This document shows positions 8,313-17,703 of a stretch of 64,000 nt of DNA, piece by piece. The stretch comes from Chloroflexota bacterium (lineage in GTDB: Bacteria; Chloroflexota; Dehalococcoidia; Dehalococcoidales; UBA2162). The stretch is taken from the NCBI GenBank assembly GCA_016190825.1, contig JACPPV010000009.1:65328-129327 (forward strand), in the 5' to 3' direction. Under the pieces are notes generated by a model that saw only the letters and a program-made list of their open reading frames with translations, was not told the DNA's origin and searched no databases. The stretch's first letter is position 1; each line of letters begins with the position of its first letter. The translations under genes were made by a program, and so were the position numbers.

Positions 8313-10088
8313 CTAGTCTACCTCGTGAAGGCCATGGACCTTGCCAGTCTTGACATCAACATCGACCTTCTTGAGGGCCGGGTCTGAACCGGTGGCCGGC
8401 ATCAGGCTAATTGTGCCTGCCATCGGGCAGAGAAACTTGGCGCCGGAGTAGATCAAGATGTCCCGAATGGGTAGCGTCCAGCCCTTGGGCACGCCCTTTC
8501 TGGTCGGATCGTGGGACAACGAGAGGTGGGTCTTCACCATCATGGTGGCGAACTCATCGTATTTGGGATCAGCTTCAAAACTCTTCGCTTTCGCCTCAGC
8601 CTCGGGAGTCCAGGATACGCCATCGGCGCCGTAGACCACTTTGGCTATCTTCTCAACGCGCTGTCTCAATTTCATCTCACTAGGATAGAGGAATCTGAAA
8701 TCGGTCTTTTCTTTGCAGGCGTCTTTGACGGCGTCGGCCAGTTGTCCCGCGCCAGCGCCACCGTGCAGGTAATGGGTCGAAACAGCGCAGCGGGCTCCCG
8801 CCGCCTCGGCCGCCCTGCGCACGATATTGATCTCTTCATCGGTATCGGTGGGGAAACGATTGATGCAAACAACGGGATTGATTCCGGCCGCTCTGATTAT
8901 GCCAATGTGATGCACCAGGTTGGCGCAGCCCTTCTCTACCAGTTCCGGAGCGGATTTCTTGTATGCATCAGGCAGAGCGACACCCGGCGTGACCTTGGGC
9001 CCACCGCCGTGCATCTTGAGCGACCGTACAGTGGCGACCAAAACCGAAACGTTGGGCTTGAGTCCACTGAAACGGCTCTTCACATTCCAGAACTTTTCAA
9101 AGCCGATGTCCGCCGCAAAACCGCTCTCGGTGACGTTGTAGTCGAACATCTTGAGTCCCAGGCGGTCGGCGATAATGGAAGACTGACCGACGGCGATGTT
9201 AGCGAAAGGCCCGGCGTGGACCATCACCGGCTGGTACTCGGCGGTGCAGCAAAGCGTGGGATTAATGGTGTTGCGCATCCAGGCAGTCATGGCGCCAGCC
9301 ACTTCCAGGTCGCCAGTGGTAACCGGCTTGCCCTTTTTGTCATATGCTACAGTGATGTTGTTCATTCTTTCTCGCAGATCGGCGAGGTCCCTCACAATGC
9401 TGAGCATCGCCATAAGTTCGGAACTGACCGCGATACCGAACTTGGATTGCATCATGAAGCCATCTGTCCGGCTGCCGCCCAGCCCGATAATTATGTTCCG
9501 CAGACTCTGAGCGCAATAGTCTATGATCCAGCCCATCTCAACCCTCAGCGGGTCAATATCGAGACGGCGCATCTTGCTCAGTTTGGCTAATTGAGCGTCA
9601 TCGTAGTTGCGCTCGTGCTGCATTCTGGCCGTCAGAGCCACCATTGCCAGGTTGTGGGCGTTCATAATGTCATTGATATCACCGGTGAGTCCCATGGAGA
9701 ACTCGGTATGGGGAATCAAGATGGCGTTGCCGCCGCCGGCGGCAGTGCCTTTGACGTTCATGGTTGGGCCGCCTGAAGGTTGGCGGATAACCCCGCCGAC
9801 ATTCTCTCCCTGCTTGCCCAACCCTTCGATAAGACCCATCGTAGTAGTCGTCTTTCCCTCTCCCAACGGGGTTGGGGTGACGGCAGTGACTTCAACGTAC
9901 TTGCCGTCCGGCTTGTCCTTAAGGCGGTCAATTATCTTCAGAAAATCCAGTTTGGCCACCTTGCCGTAAGCCAGGATTTCATCCTTCCTGAGTCCCAGTT
10001 TTTCCCGCCACTCGTCCGGTGTGGGCATTTGCTCTTCGGCAGCCTCTGCAATCTGCCAGTCTGCCATCTTTGACGTGTCGTAGGGCAT
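8313..10088 (-). CDS. fhs: Formate-tetrahydrofolate ligase
   Basis: 591-aa ORF with the characteristic [12 protein letters not shown]-loop and full-length family resemblance. AAGGAGGAATT lies upstream of the ATG. Confidence 0.95.
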   Translation of the reverse strand: MPYDTSKMADWQIAEAAEEQMPTPDEWREKLGLRKDEILAYGKVAKLDFLKIIDRLKDKPDGKYVEVTAVTPTPLGEGKTTTTMGLIEGLGKQGENVGGVIRQPSGGPTMNVKGTAAGGGNAILIPHTEFSMGLTGDINDIMNAHNLAMVALTARMQHERNYDDAQLAKLSKMRRLDIDPLRVEMGWIIDYCAQSLRNIIIGLGGSRTDGFMMQSKFGIAVSSELMAMLSIVRDLADLRERMNNITVAYDKKGKPVTTGDLEVAGAMTAWMRNTINPTLCCTAEYQPVMVHAGPFANIAVGQSSIIADRLGLKMFDYNVTESGFAADIGFEKFWNVKSRFSGLKPNVSVLVATVRSLKMHGGGPKVTPGVALPDAYKKSAPELVEKGCANLVHHIGIIRAAGINPVVCINRFPTDTDEEINIVRRAAEAAGARCAVSTHYLHGGAGAGQLADAVKDACKEKTDFRFLYPSEMKLRQRVEKIAKVVYGADGVSWTPEAEAKAKSFEADPKYDEFATMMVKTHLSLSHDPTRKGVPKGWTLPIRDILIYSGAKFLCPMAGTISLMPATGSDPALKKVDVDVKTGKVHGLHEVD

Positions 10089-10159
10089 AATTCCTCCTTA
10101 TTTATCCGCGCTTCTCTTTATTTTTGCCGCGTCCGGTCGGTCACCGGATACAGCTTTGC

Positions 10160-10960
10160 TCACCGGGTTACGCTGCCGAGTTCCGAGTCCATCGGGATCG
10201 AAGAAATTAGAGAACGAAAAATGTCCCTAGCCGCGGCGGCGATTGGCTGGCTGGCGCTGACGATGGGACCATGTGTGAGGTCAGCGTCCACTATTGCCTG
10301 GTCATAAGGAATGAAACCGAGGAACTCAAAACCCTCAAGACTGGAGAGCAGGAAGTCTTTTTCAGCCTTGCTCTTAATCTTGTTGCCGACAACGGCTATG
10401 CTAGCCAAACCGATGTCCTGCGCAAGCTGCCGGACTCTGAAGGCGGTTTCCACGCTGCGCCGGCCTGGCTCCACCACCACGATGAGCCTGTCCACGGCCT
10501 TAGCGGTCGCCCGGGTGAGGTGTTCGATTCCCGCCTCCATATCCATGATGATGACTTCGTTGCGGGCGAGGAGCAAATAGTTGACCAGTGATTGGAGCAG
10601 AACGTTTTCGGCGCAATAGCAGCCGCTGCCACCCCTCTTCATCTGCCCCATGACCATGAGCTTGACGCCGTCATGCTCACGCCAGTATATTTCCGGCAGG
10701 TCGTCAACCCTGGGATTGAGCTTGAAGTAGACCGCCATTTCCCCCGGCTTGGCGCCGGTGCGCTCTTCAACCAGGTCTTTCATCTCGGAAATGGGGATGA
10801 TCTCTTCGGCGTTCGGGAAACCGAGGGTGGCAGCGAGACTGGGGCAGGGATCGGCGTCAATGGCGAGCACGGAGTAGCCGGATTCGGCAAATGCTCTGGA
10901 AAGTAAAGCAGCGAGTAAGGTCTTACCAACTCCACCCTTTCCGCTTATGGCAATTTTCAT
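10160..10960 (-). CDS. cooC: CODH/ACS nickel-insertion ATPase (CooC family), second copy
   Basis: MKIAISGKGGVGKT P-loop and CxC motif GSGCYCAEN. No SD is visible before the ATG at 10960. Confidence 0.85.
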   Translation of the reverse strand: MKIAISGKGGVGKTLLAALLSRAFAESGYSVLAIDADPCPSLAATLGFPNAEEIIPISEMKDLVEERTGAKPGEMAVYFKLNPRVDDLPEIYWREHDGVKLMVMGQMKRGGSGCYCAENVLLQSLVNYLLLARNEVIIMDMEAGIEHLTRATAKAVDRLIVVVEPGRRSVETAFRVRQLAQDIGLASIAVVGNKIKSKAEKDFLLSSLEGFEFLGFIPYDQAIVDADLTHGPIVSASQPIAAAARDIFRSLISSIPMDSELGSVTR

Positions 10961-10980
10961 CTATATAGGAACTGACGCAT

Positions 10981-11018
10981 AAAATTAAAGCTGAGACTTC
11001 CTGGAAGCCCTCAGCTTT
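10981..11018 (-). terminator. Terminator-like hairpin (9-bp stem, 14-nt loop, then AAUUUUAU) in the leader of cooC-fhs
   Basis: AAAGCTGAG (10987-10995) pairs with CTCAGCTTT (11010-11018). On the minus strand the stem is followed by AATTTTAT. It lies 27 nt upstream of the cooC ATG and about 250 nt downstream of the glmS stop. Confidence 0.35.
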
Positions 11019-11051
11019 AAGCAAGCCTGCTATCCTCCACTAATCAACGAT

Positions 11052-11080
11052 AATATAACCGATGGAGAAAAATTAGTCAA
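11052..11080 (-). promoter_or_regulatory. Promoter-like TTGACT-17-TATATT upstream of cooC-fhs
   Basis: Minus-strand read: -35 at 11080..11075, 17-nt spacer, -10 at 11057..11052. Confidence 0.4.
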
Positions 11081-11263
11081 GTATTCTGGAGCAGCTTTCA
11101 AAAGCCCCCAACTTTCTTGACCATCCTCTGCATCTTCCGCAAGGTTTTCATTTTTTTCACAGGAGTCTTGTGATATTCAGGTTTTCCCATAATGCTGGTG
11201 AATCTGCTGAGTAAATCATGGCCATTGCCGTGAGCCGATAAAAAGGACGTGATTTCCACCGTG

Positions 11264-13048
11264 TTATTCTACCGTGACGCTTTTGGCCAGGTTGCGCGGG
11301 AAGTCAATGGGGCAGCCACGCTCCCGGGCGGCATAGTAGGCTAGCAACTGCAAAGCCACGCAGTTGACCACCGGGGAGAAGATGCAATCCACGTGCGGCA
11401 CCGGTATCACAAAATCTGCCAACTCTTCGACCGCCCCGTCTCCATCTTCAGACAACGCTATCACTGGCGAAGAGCGCGCCTTGATTTCCTTCATACTGGT
11501 CATCATAGCTTCATATGTGTCATCACGGCTGACGGCGGCGATTACGGGCGTCTCCCTGCCGAGCAGGGCAAACGGGCCATGCTTTGTCTCACCGGCCGGG
11601 TAGCCTTCGGCATGAATGTAAGAAACCTCTTTGAGTTTCAGCGCCCCTTCCAGTGCGACAGGATAATTTATCCCCCGTCCGATGAAGAAGGCATGTTCAT
11701 ACCTGGACAAGAACTTTGCATGCCCGGCGATTATCCCCTCATTATCCAGCACCTGTTGTACCCTGTTTGGTAACTGCCTAAGCTCCAACAACAGACTGGC
11801 AATCCGGCGCGAGTCTGCCTTCGAGTTGGACATCGCCAGCCAGTAAAGTATCATCAATTGAGCGATGAAGGTCTTCGTCGCCGCCACACTTATCTCCGGA
11901 CCTGCCCTCGTGTATATCGTCTGATTGGCTATCCTGCTGGCAGTACTGCCAACGACGTTGGTAACGGCGATAACGCGTCCTCCCTGGCTCCTCACTCTCT
12001 TCATCGCTTTCAGCGTATCCGCTGTCTCTCCCGATTGCGTGATGGCTATGCCCAGGGGTTTCCCGAAGATATTTTTCCGGTGGTTGAACTCAGAGGCAAA
12101 CTCGACCGTTGCCGGAATATTGACCAGGTCTTCCAAAACATACTTGCCCACCAGCGCCGCATGGTAAGAGGTGCCGCAGGCCAGCATCAATATCGGGGAG
12201 ACGCCGATCTCCCTGGTCAAATCTGACCCGGAGGCTGTTTCTTCGGCTTGAGTGAACTCGGCAAGGGTGTTTCTTATCACCCGGGGCTGTTCGTGGATTT
12301 CCTTTAACATGAAATGGTCGTAGCCGCCCTTTTGCGCTTCGTTAGCGCTCCATAAGACCTTGTCTTCTTTCGGCGCAATCTCTCGCCCGCCCGAGTTGAT
12401 CCTTATTCCGGATCTTGTGATGCTGCCGGTCTGCCCATCTTCGAGGTAGATAACTCTGCCCGTGTGTTCGAGAAAAGCCGGTACGTCCGACGCGATGAAA
12501 TTCTCCCGGTCGCCGATGCCAATTACCAGCGGGCTGTCCTTCCTGGCGACCACTAGACGCGCCTCGCCGGCTTTCATTACCACTATGGCATAGGAACCCT
12601 CAATTTCTCTCAGCGCCGCTACAACCGCTGCCTCCAGGTCTCCGGTGTCATATTTTTCGATGAGATGCGGGATTACCTCGGTATCCGTTTCGGAAAGGAA
12701 AATGTGCCCCTCGGCGGCCAGCTTACGCCGCAGTTCACGGAAATTGGTAATCACTCCGTTATGGACAACGGCGATCCTGCCGGCGCAATCAAGATGAGGG
12801 TGGGCATTGATTTTAGAGGGCCCGCCATGGGTCGCCCAGCGGGTGTGGCCGATCCCGACTGTTCCACCAAATTGCGGTGCGGATTTCGCCAGAGCCTCCA
12901 CGCGCACGGCATCCTTGTAAACCTGGAGTCCATCCGCCGTCACAGCGATACCGCAGGAGTCATAGCCCCGGTACTCCAGTTTCCTCAAACAACCGAGAAG
13001 CACCGGCTGGGCCCGCCGCTCACCGATGTAGCCGACTATCCCGCACAT
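11264..13048 (-). CDS. glmS: Glutamine-fructose-6-phosphate aminotransferase
   Basis: The mature N-terminus must be MCGIVGYIG (Cys2 nucleophile), and that ATG is at 13048. The track ORF (to 13171) is an artefactual extension overlapping the upstream gene. The C-terminus ends in the typical SVTVE. Confidence 0.95.
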   Translation of the reverse strand: MCGIVGYIGERRAQPVLLGCLRKLEYRGYDSCGIAVTADGLQVYKDAVRVEALAKSAPQFGGTVGIGHTRWATHGGPSKINAHPHLDCAGRIAVVHNGVITNFRELRRKLAAEGHIFLSETDTEVIPHLIEKYDTGDLEAAVVAALREIEGSYAIVVMKAGEARLVVARKDSPLVIGIGDRENFIASDVPAFLEHTGRVIYLEDGQTGSITRSGIRINSGGREIAPKEDKVLWSANEAQKGGYDHFMLKEIHEQPRVIRNTLAEFTQAEETASGSDLTREIGVSPILMLACGTSYHAALVGKYVLEDLVNIPATVEFASEFNHRKNIFGKPLGIAITQSGETADTLKAMKRVRSQGGRVIAVTNVVGSTASRIANQTIYTRAGPEISVAATKTFIAQLMILYWLAMSNSKADSRRIASLLLELRQLPNRVQQVLDNEGIIAGHAKFLSRYEHAFFIGRGINYPVALEGALKLKEVSYIHAEGYPAGETKHGPFALLGRETPVIAAVSRDDTYEAMMTSMKEIKARSSPVIALSEDGDGAVEELADFVIPVPHVDCIFSPVVNCVALQLLAYYAARERGCPIDFPRNLAKSVTVE

Positions 13049-13053
13049 AGTTC

Positions 13054-14229
13054 TTAGACCACGTAGCTCCGGTCCGGTAGTCTTCCGCCGATGAGCTTCA
13101 ATGCCTGTATCTGGCTGTAGTTGCCCGCAATTGCCCCGGGCTGAGCCACAACGCTGCTCCCCAGCCGGCAACCCGTACCGAGCATGGCACCGATATTCAC
13201 CATATGGAACTCATCATTGATTCTCAGTTCCGCCTCACCGCTACAGGCGGTGAAATGTCCCTTAATGACGCAACCCTTGTCAATGACCGAGTCCTGTATC
13301 ACCGATGCCGGCCCGATGTGGACATCTTCCCCGATCATGCTGTTTTCAATCACGCTGAATGGTGAAATGACAACGTTATTGCCAATGCTGGTTGAAGGCA
13401 GAATGCATACTCCCGGACCTATATCGCAATGTTCCCCGATGACCGCCGGCCCCAGCACGTAAGAGTTTGCCCTTATCACGGTATTCTGCCCTATCGATAC
13501 CTGACCCTTAACATAGGCGCCGGTCTCGATTGTTCCCCCAAGTTTCGCCGGCACATGGCGGAGGACAGCATCATTCAACTTTATTATGTCCCACGGGTAA
13601 ACAACATCCAGCCAGGTGCCGTCTGTCTCCATGACTGTAACCGGCCGCTTCTGCTCAAGCATGCCGTTCAGAACATCAGGAATATCCAGCCTGGTGTCCA
13701 TGAGGTCAAAGATATCCGTGCCAAACGCATATATCCCGGTATTAACCAGGTTGCTTTCCGTTTCCTTCGGCTTTTCGATGATGGCGAGGAGGGAATTGCC
13801 ATCAGCGGCTACCACTCCGTACCGGGATGGTTTTTCCACCTTCTTGGTCAGCACGGCATCGGGATGGACGGTCACAAACTGAGCGATTGTACCGGTATCA
13901 ATCAGATTGTCCCCCGGCAGCACAAGAAACTCATCGTGTACCATGTCCCTCGCCTGAGCCAGGGCGTGAGCAGTGCCAAGCTGCCTTTCCTGCGTCACAT
14001 AGGTTATGTTGACGCCGAACTGGTCGCCGGCGCCCAGGTAATCGAAAATCTCTTCCTTTTTGTAGCCAACGATGATCACAATCTGCCTTATGCCATTTTG
14101 CGCCACAGCCTCGACCACATGTTGCAATATCGGCTTCCCGGCGATGGACAGCATCGCCTTCGGCCTGGTAACGGTAAACGGCCTTAGCCTCTGGCCTTCT
14201 CCGGCGGCAAGAATCACTGCCTGTTTCAT
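13054..14229 (-). CDS. Bifunctional sugar-1-phosphate nucleotidyltransferase / left-handed beta-helix acyltransferase (archaeal-type GlmU-like), copy 2
   Basis: AVILAAGEGQRLRPFTVTRPKAML nucleotidyltransferase motif plus C-terminal hexapeptide repeats. Start set at MKQAVILAAG (14229) by analogy with the paralog. The track start at 14253 lies inside a palindromic repeat. Confidence 0.8.
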   Translation of the reverse strand: MKQAVILAAGEGQRLRPFTVTRPKAMLSIAGKPILQHVVEAVAQNGIRQIVIIVGYKKEEIFDYLGAGDQFGVNITYVTQERQLGTAHALAQARDMVHDEFLVLPGDNLIDTGTIAQFVTVHPDAVLTKKVEKPSRYGVVAADGNSLLAIIEKPKETESNLVNTGIYAFGTDIFDLMDTRLDIPDVLNGMLEQKRPVTVMETDGTWLDVVYPWDIIKLNDAVLRHVPAKLGGTIETGAYVKGQVSIGQNTVIRANSYVLGPAVIGEHCDIGPGVCILPSTSIGNNVVISPFSVIENSMIGEDVHIGPASVIQDSVIDKGCVIKGHFTACSGEAELRINDEFHMVNIGAMLGTGCRLGSSVVAQPGAIAGNYSQIQALKLIGGRLPDRSYVV

Positions 14230-14250
14230 CGCATGAACCTGGTGTTCGGT

Positions 14251-14362
14251 CATTGCGAGCGTTAGCGAGGCAATCCGTTATCTAATGAATCGCAGACGGA
14301 TTGCCTCGGACGGAGTTTACACTGACCCTGAAAGTGGTGAAGGGGAATGTGCCCTCGCAATG
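14251..14362. repeat. Nested palindromic intergenic element, family B
   Basis: Outer inverted repeat CATTGCGAG (14251-14259) / CTCGCAATG (14354-14362). Inner perfect 12-bp inverted repeat GAGGCAATCCGT (14267-14278) / ACGGATTGCCTC (14296-14307). It sits between the two GlmU-like genes. Confidence 0.65.
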
Positions 14363-14400
14363 ACAAATTATGTAGCATCATTTTCTACGTCCGTACGAGT

Positions 14401-15603
14401 CTAAAATATTCTCGAATCGGGGGCAACTACTCCACCCACTTTTGCGCCGGGCCCGATCCAGGTATTATTGCCGATGATGCTGCCAACATTTATCGAGACA
14501 TTTATGCCTGTTTCCACGTTATCCCCGATGATAGCGCCAAGCTTCCTTCTCCTTGTATCCCGGCCGGTCACCATGATATTTTGTTCATCGAACCGCAGGT
14601 TGGCGGTCTTGGTGCCCGCTCCTAGGTTGCACCCTTCGCCGATAACGCTGTCACCTACGTAGCTGAGGTGGGGAACATTGCTGCCATTCATGATTATCGA
14701 GTTCTTGATCTCGACAGCGTTTCCGATATGACAGTGGTCGCCGATTGCCGTATACGGGCGGATATAGCAGTTCGGCCCGATATCACAGTTCTCCCCGATT
14801 ATGACCGGCCCTGTGATATATGCCCCTGATTTGATCACCGTGCCTTTGCCAATGGCAACCTGCCCTTTGATTACAACGTTCGTTTCAATCTCCCCGAACT
14901 GCTGGGGCTCAATCTCCGAAAGCAACAATTCGTTCGCCCGCAGCAAATCCCACGGGTAACTCATATCAAGCCAGGAGCTTAGCTTATGGTAGCCAACTGG
15001 ATGCTTGCTGTCAATCAGTAGCTGCAGGGAATCGGTTATCTCGTACTCCCCGCGCGGCGATTTCTCCGTTTGAGCTATGGCGGCAAATATCTCCGGCGCA
15101 AACAGATAAAGCCCGGCATTCGCAATCTTCGAGACCGGGCTGGCAACTTTCTCACGGATTTTCGTGATGCGCTGTCCTGCCACCTCGACCGTGCCCAGGT
15201 CCCTGGCATCCTCAACCTCGATAACACCCATCGTATTGGTCTTTTTGCCGGCCATGTCTCTTATGTCTTCACGGCATCCTATGATGTCTCCATTCATCAT
15301 CAGGAAGTTGCCTTCCACCAGATGCTCCACCATTCTCAGCGCATCAGCCGTACCCAATTGGCGGCGCTGGCTCTGGTAACGGATGCTGACACCCCACTTG
15401 CTTCCATCGCCAAAATAATGGCGCACCTGCTCATCATGATAGCCCACAATAAGAATGAAATCATTGATTCCGGCAGATGCAGCCTCAACCAGCAAATGCT
15501 CCAGGATAGGTTTACCCGCAATCGGCAACATTACTTTTGGGCGGGTATATGTAAGGGGGCGCATCCGGCTGCCCTCGCCAGCCGCCAGAATAACTGCTTT
15601 CAT
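14401..15603 (-). CDS. Bifunctional sugar-1-phosphate nucleotidyltransferase / LbH acyltransferase (archaeal-type GlmU-like), copy 1
   Basis: MKAVILAAGEGSRMRPLTYTRPKVML N-terminus and C-terminal hexapeptide repeats. The start is 3 nt after the glmM stop. Confidence 0.8.
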   Translation of the reverse strand: MKAVILAAGEGSRMRPLTYTRPKVMLPIAGKPILEHLLVEAASAGINDFILIVGYHDEQVRHYFGDGSKWGVSIRYQSQRRQLGTADALRMVEHLVEGNFLMMNGDIIGCREDIRDMAGKKTNTMGVIEVEDARDLGTVEVAGQRITKIREKVASPVSKIANAGLYLFAPEIFAAIAQTEKSPRGEYEITDSLQLLIDSKHPVGYHKLSSWLDMSYPWDLLRANELLLSEIEPQQFGEIETNVVIKGQVAIGKGTVIKSGAYITGPVIIGENCDIGPNCYIRPYTAIGDHCHIGNAVEIKNSIIMNGSNVPHLSYVGDSVIGEGCNLGAGTKTANLRFDEQNIMVTGRDTRRRKLGAIIGDNVETGINVSINVGSIIGNNTWIGPGAKVGGVVAPDSRIF

Positions 15604-15606
15604 CTC

Positions 15607-16908
15607 TTACGATCTCTCCCTGCTGGCAGAGCGGCATTTCTCCACTATCTGCAGAGCGGCGTCATATAGCTTGCGCGCCTGCTCCTTGCTCCTGGCTTCC
15701 GCCGTCAGCCTTATTTTCGGCTCAGTGCCTGAAGGTCTCACCAGCAGCCAGCCATCATTGAAGGCAAGCCTGATGCCATCGATATTGCTTACCGATAGCG
15801 GCTTCAGTGCCGGCAATCGTTTTTCGACTTCAGCAACCGTTATTCCTGCGTTGGAGGCGCTGCCACGAATAATCGGGTAGTGGGGAATGCGGTCTATCAG
15901 GGATGACAGCTTGCTCTGGCTGGCGATGGCGAGAAGTTTGGCGGCGGCATACACACCGTCGGGGCAGAGCGAACTCTTGGGGAAGACCCAGCTTCCCGAC
16001 GGCTCACCGCCGAAATCGCCGCTTTTCTTCAGCTCCTCTGAAACATAAATATCCCCGATTCTGGTTCTCGTCACCTTGAAGCCCAACTCTTCAATCGCCA
16101 TCGAGGCGTCCAGCGTGGTGACCACCTCTTTCGCTTTCATTTCCTGCGCAAAGATGCCCAGCAGTTTGTCCCCGGGGATGAATCTTCCGAGGTCGTCCAC
16201 CGCCATCATCCGGTCACCGTCACCGTCATGGGCGATCCCCAAGTCAGCACCGGACTGGCGCGTGGCTGCGATCAAATCTCCCAGATTGGCTTCAAGCGGC
16301 TCCACATCATGCGGGAAAAATCCGCTCGGATAGCAGTTCAGAGCAATCACCTCACAGCCCAATCTCCGGAGCAAATACGGGCTTATCACGGATGTGGCGC
16401 CGCAGCCGCAGTCCAGGACCACTTTCAATTTCAGCGGACGGGGAAAATCTTTCTGTATGTGCTGGATGTGCTCTTCGATAGCCCCATCATAAATGAAGCT
16501 GTCTCGCATTTCTTCCCACGGTGCCGCTGAAAGGGAGTCGCCTAACACCGCGGTCTCTACCTGCTCTCTCTGGCTGCCATCGAATGCTGAGCCATCGTTG
16601 TTGACAAGCTTGATACCGTTATATTGTGGAGGATTATGGGAGGCGGTAATCATGGCGCCGGCGCCGAATCGCCCGGCGGCGAGAGCAAGGGTGGGCGTTG
16701 GCGTGACTCCCCCGTCCCGGTATTCAGCGCCCGCTCCAAGCAGACCAGATGCAAACGCCAGCTTCACTGCCCCGCCTGAAGTCCGGGTATCAGAGCCAAC
16801 AATAACCCTTCTGTATGTTTTGCCGACGGCCAGGCCTGTCCTGAGGGCTATCTCAAGGAGGTGCCTGTCAGCAATCCTTCTTATTCCGGAGGAGCCGAAC
16901 AGTGTCAT
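15607..16908 (-). CDS. glmM: Phosphoglucosamine/phosphohexose mutase
   Basis: 433 aa with the active-site TASHNPPQYNGIK motif. Operon context with glmS and the GlmU-like genes. Confidence 0.8.
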   Translation of the reverse strand: MTLFGSSGIRRIADRHLLEIALRTGLAVGKTYRRVIVGSDTRTSGGAVKLAFASGLLGAGAEYRDGGVTPTPTLALAAGRFGAGAMITASHNPPQYNGIKLVNNDGSAFDGSQREQVETAVLGDSLSAAPWEEMRDSFIYDGAIEEHIQHIQKDFPRPLKLKVVLDCGCGATSVISPYLLRRLGCEVIALNCYPSGFFPHDVEPLEANLGDLIAATRQSGADLGIAHDGDGDRMMAVDDLGRFIPGDKLLGIFAQEMKAKEVVTTLDASMAIEELGFKVTRTRIGDIYVSEELKKSGDFGGEPSGSWVFPKSSLCPDGVYAAAKLLAIASQSKLSSLIDRIPHYPIIRGSASNAGITVAEVEKRLPALKPLSVSNIDGIRLAFNDGWLLVRPSGTEPKIRLTAEARSKEQARKLYDAALQIVEKCRSASRERS

Positions 16909-16955
16909 TTTGCTTGATTTTAACCTCAGTCTGATTTTATGTCAAATCCGGGTTA

Positions 16956-17087
16956 CGAGAGTGTTTAAGAACAGATGTCATGCGAGTCCCGATAAAATTG
17001 GGACTTGGCAATCTCTGACATAGCTTCATCGAGATCGCCACGTCGCTTCGCTCCTCGCGATGACAACGGAGTTATTAAACACTCTCG
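16956..17087. repeat. Nested palindromic intergenic element related to family B
   Basis: Outer perfect 13-bp inverted repeat CGAGAGTGTTTAA (16956-16968) / TTAAACACTCTCG (17075-17087). It encloses CATGCGAG (16979-16986) ... CTCGCGATG (17054-17062) and the inner hairpin GTCCCgataaaattGGGAC. Confidence 0.6.
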
Positions 17088-17088
17088 G

Positions 17089-17613
17089 TTATCGCCCGGT
17101 TACCCATAGATGAAGCTGCCGGTAAGGCTGGCTGTCCTCCTGCCTGTAGAGCAGGAACTCCACTTTTTGTCCTTCGCCGGCCCTGTCCAGCGTGAACTCC
17201 ACCTCTTCCTGCCACTCTTTGCCCTGTTCAAGCGCAATTCCGTCAGAGCCGCCATTCAAAACACCGTCAACCCTGACTTCCATCCGGTATACCACCGGGC
17301 GCTGTTCCCGATTGACAATGCCGGCTATTACCTTTCCTGTCTCACCTGCCCGCAGTTCCGTGGGGTATCCGGATGCCTTGCCATCCAGTCCCAGGAGATA
17401 GAACTCACTAAAACCGCTTTCTGGCCTGGGCACTTTAACAACGTAAATAATGGTGCCCAATGTGCCCAAAATGACGGCGGCCAGTATAATGGTCAGGATT
17501 TTGTTCCAGATATTTCGCCCTCCAGGCGAGACCGGACCGGGAAAAGCCCTCGAAGCGGTCTCTAGAGAAAACGCCCAGTCTTGAAGTATAAAATAAACCT
17601 GCCGATAAAACAA
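17089..17613 (-). CDS. Membrane-anchored protein resembling DUF1616 (archaeal-type surface protein family, from memory)
   Basis: One TM helix (ILTIILAAVILGTLGTIIYVV) followed by FSEFYLLGLDGKASGYPTEL...GIVNREQRPVVYRMEV. The start is uncertain (track start is TTG). Confidence 0.5.
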   Translation of the reverse strand: MFYRQVYFILQDWAFSLETASRAFPGPVSPGGRNIWNKILTIILAAVILGTLGTIIYVVKVPRPESGFSEFYLLGLDGKASGYPTELRAGETGKVIAGIVNREQRPVVYRMEVRVDGVLNGGSDGIALEQGKEWQEEVEFTLDRAGEGQKVEFLLYRQEDSQPYRQLHLWVTGR

Positions 17614-17638
17614 CCGCCGTAAACCGCTGTCTCTTCTC

Positions 17639-17667
17639 TTGACGTGAATTTGATGCTAAGATTAATA
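17639..17667 (+). promoter_or_regulatory. Promoter-like TTGACG-17-TTAATA upstream of yebC
   Basis: -35 at 17639-17644, 17-nt spacer, -10 at 17662-17667. GAGGAGGG SD precedes the ATG at 17704. Confidence 0.4.
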
Positions 17668-17703
17668 TACAAATGGGCTGTTAGTCGATGAGGAGGGCTA
17701 GCA

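Noticed and set aside
10515-10535. tRNA T-arm-like string ggtgttcgattcccgcc
   Set aside because: It lies inside the cooC coding frame with no acceptor or anticodon arms around it. I found no tRNA, rRNA or tmRNA-like regions elsewhere either.
11098-11190. 30-codon basic minus-strand ORF (MGKPEYHKTPVKKMKTLRKMQRMVKKVGGF) between glmS and cooC
   Set aside because: No SD, no recognisable family, and it overlaps the predicted cooC promoter. Most likely chance.
13049-13053. Possible glmS ribozyme upstream of glmS
   Set aside because: Only 5 nt separate the upstream stop from the glmS ATG, so there is no room for a ribozyme.
13049-13171. N-terminal 41-codon extension of the glmS ORF in the track
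   Set aside because: GlmS must begin Met-Cys-Gly-Ile (Cys2 nucleophile). The extension overlaps the upstream LbH gene and has no homology-like character.
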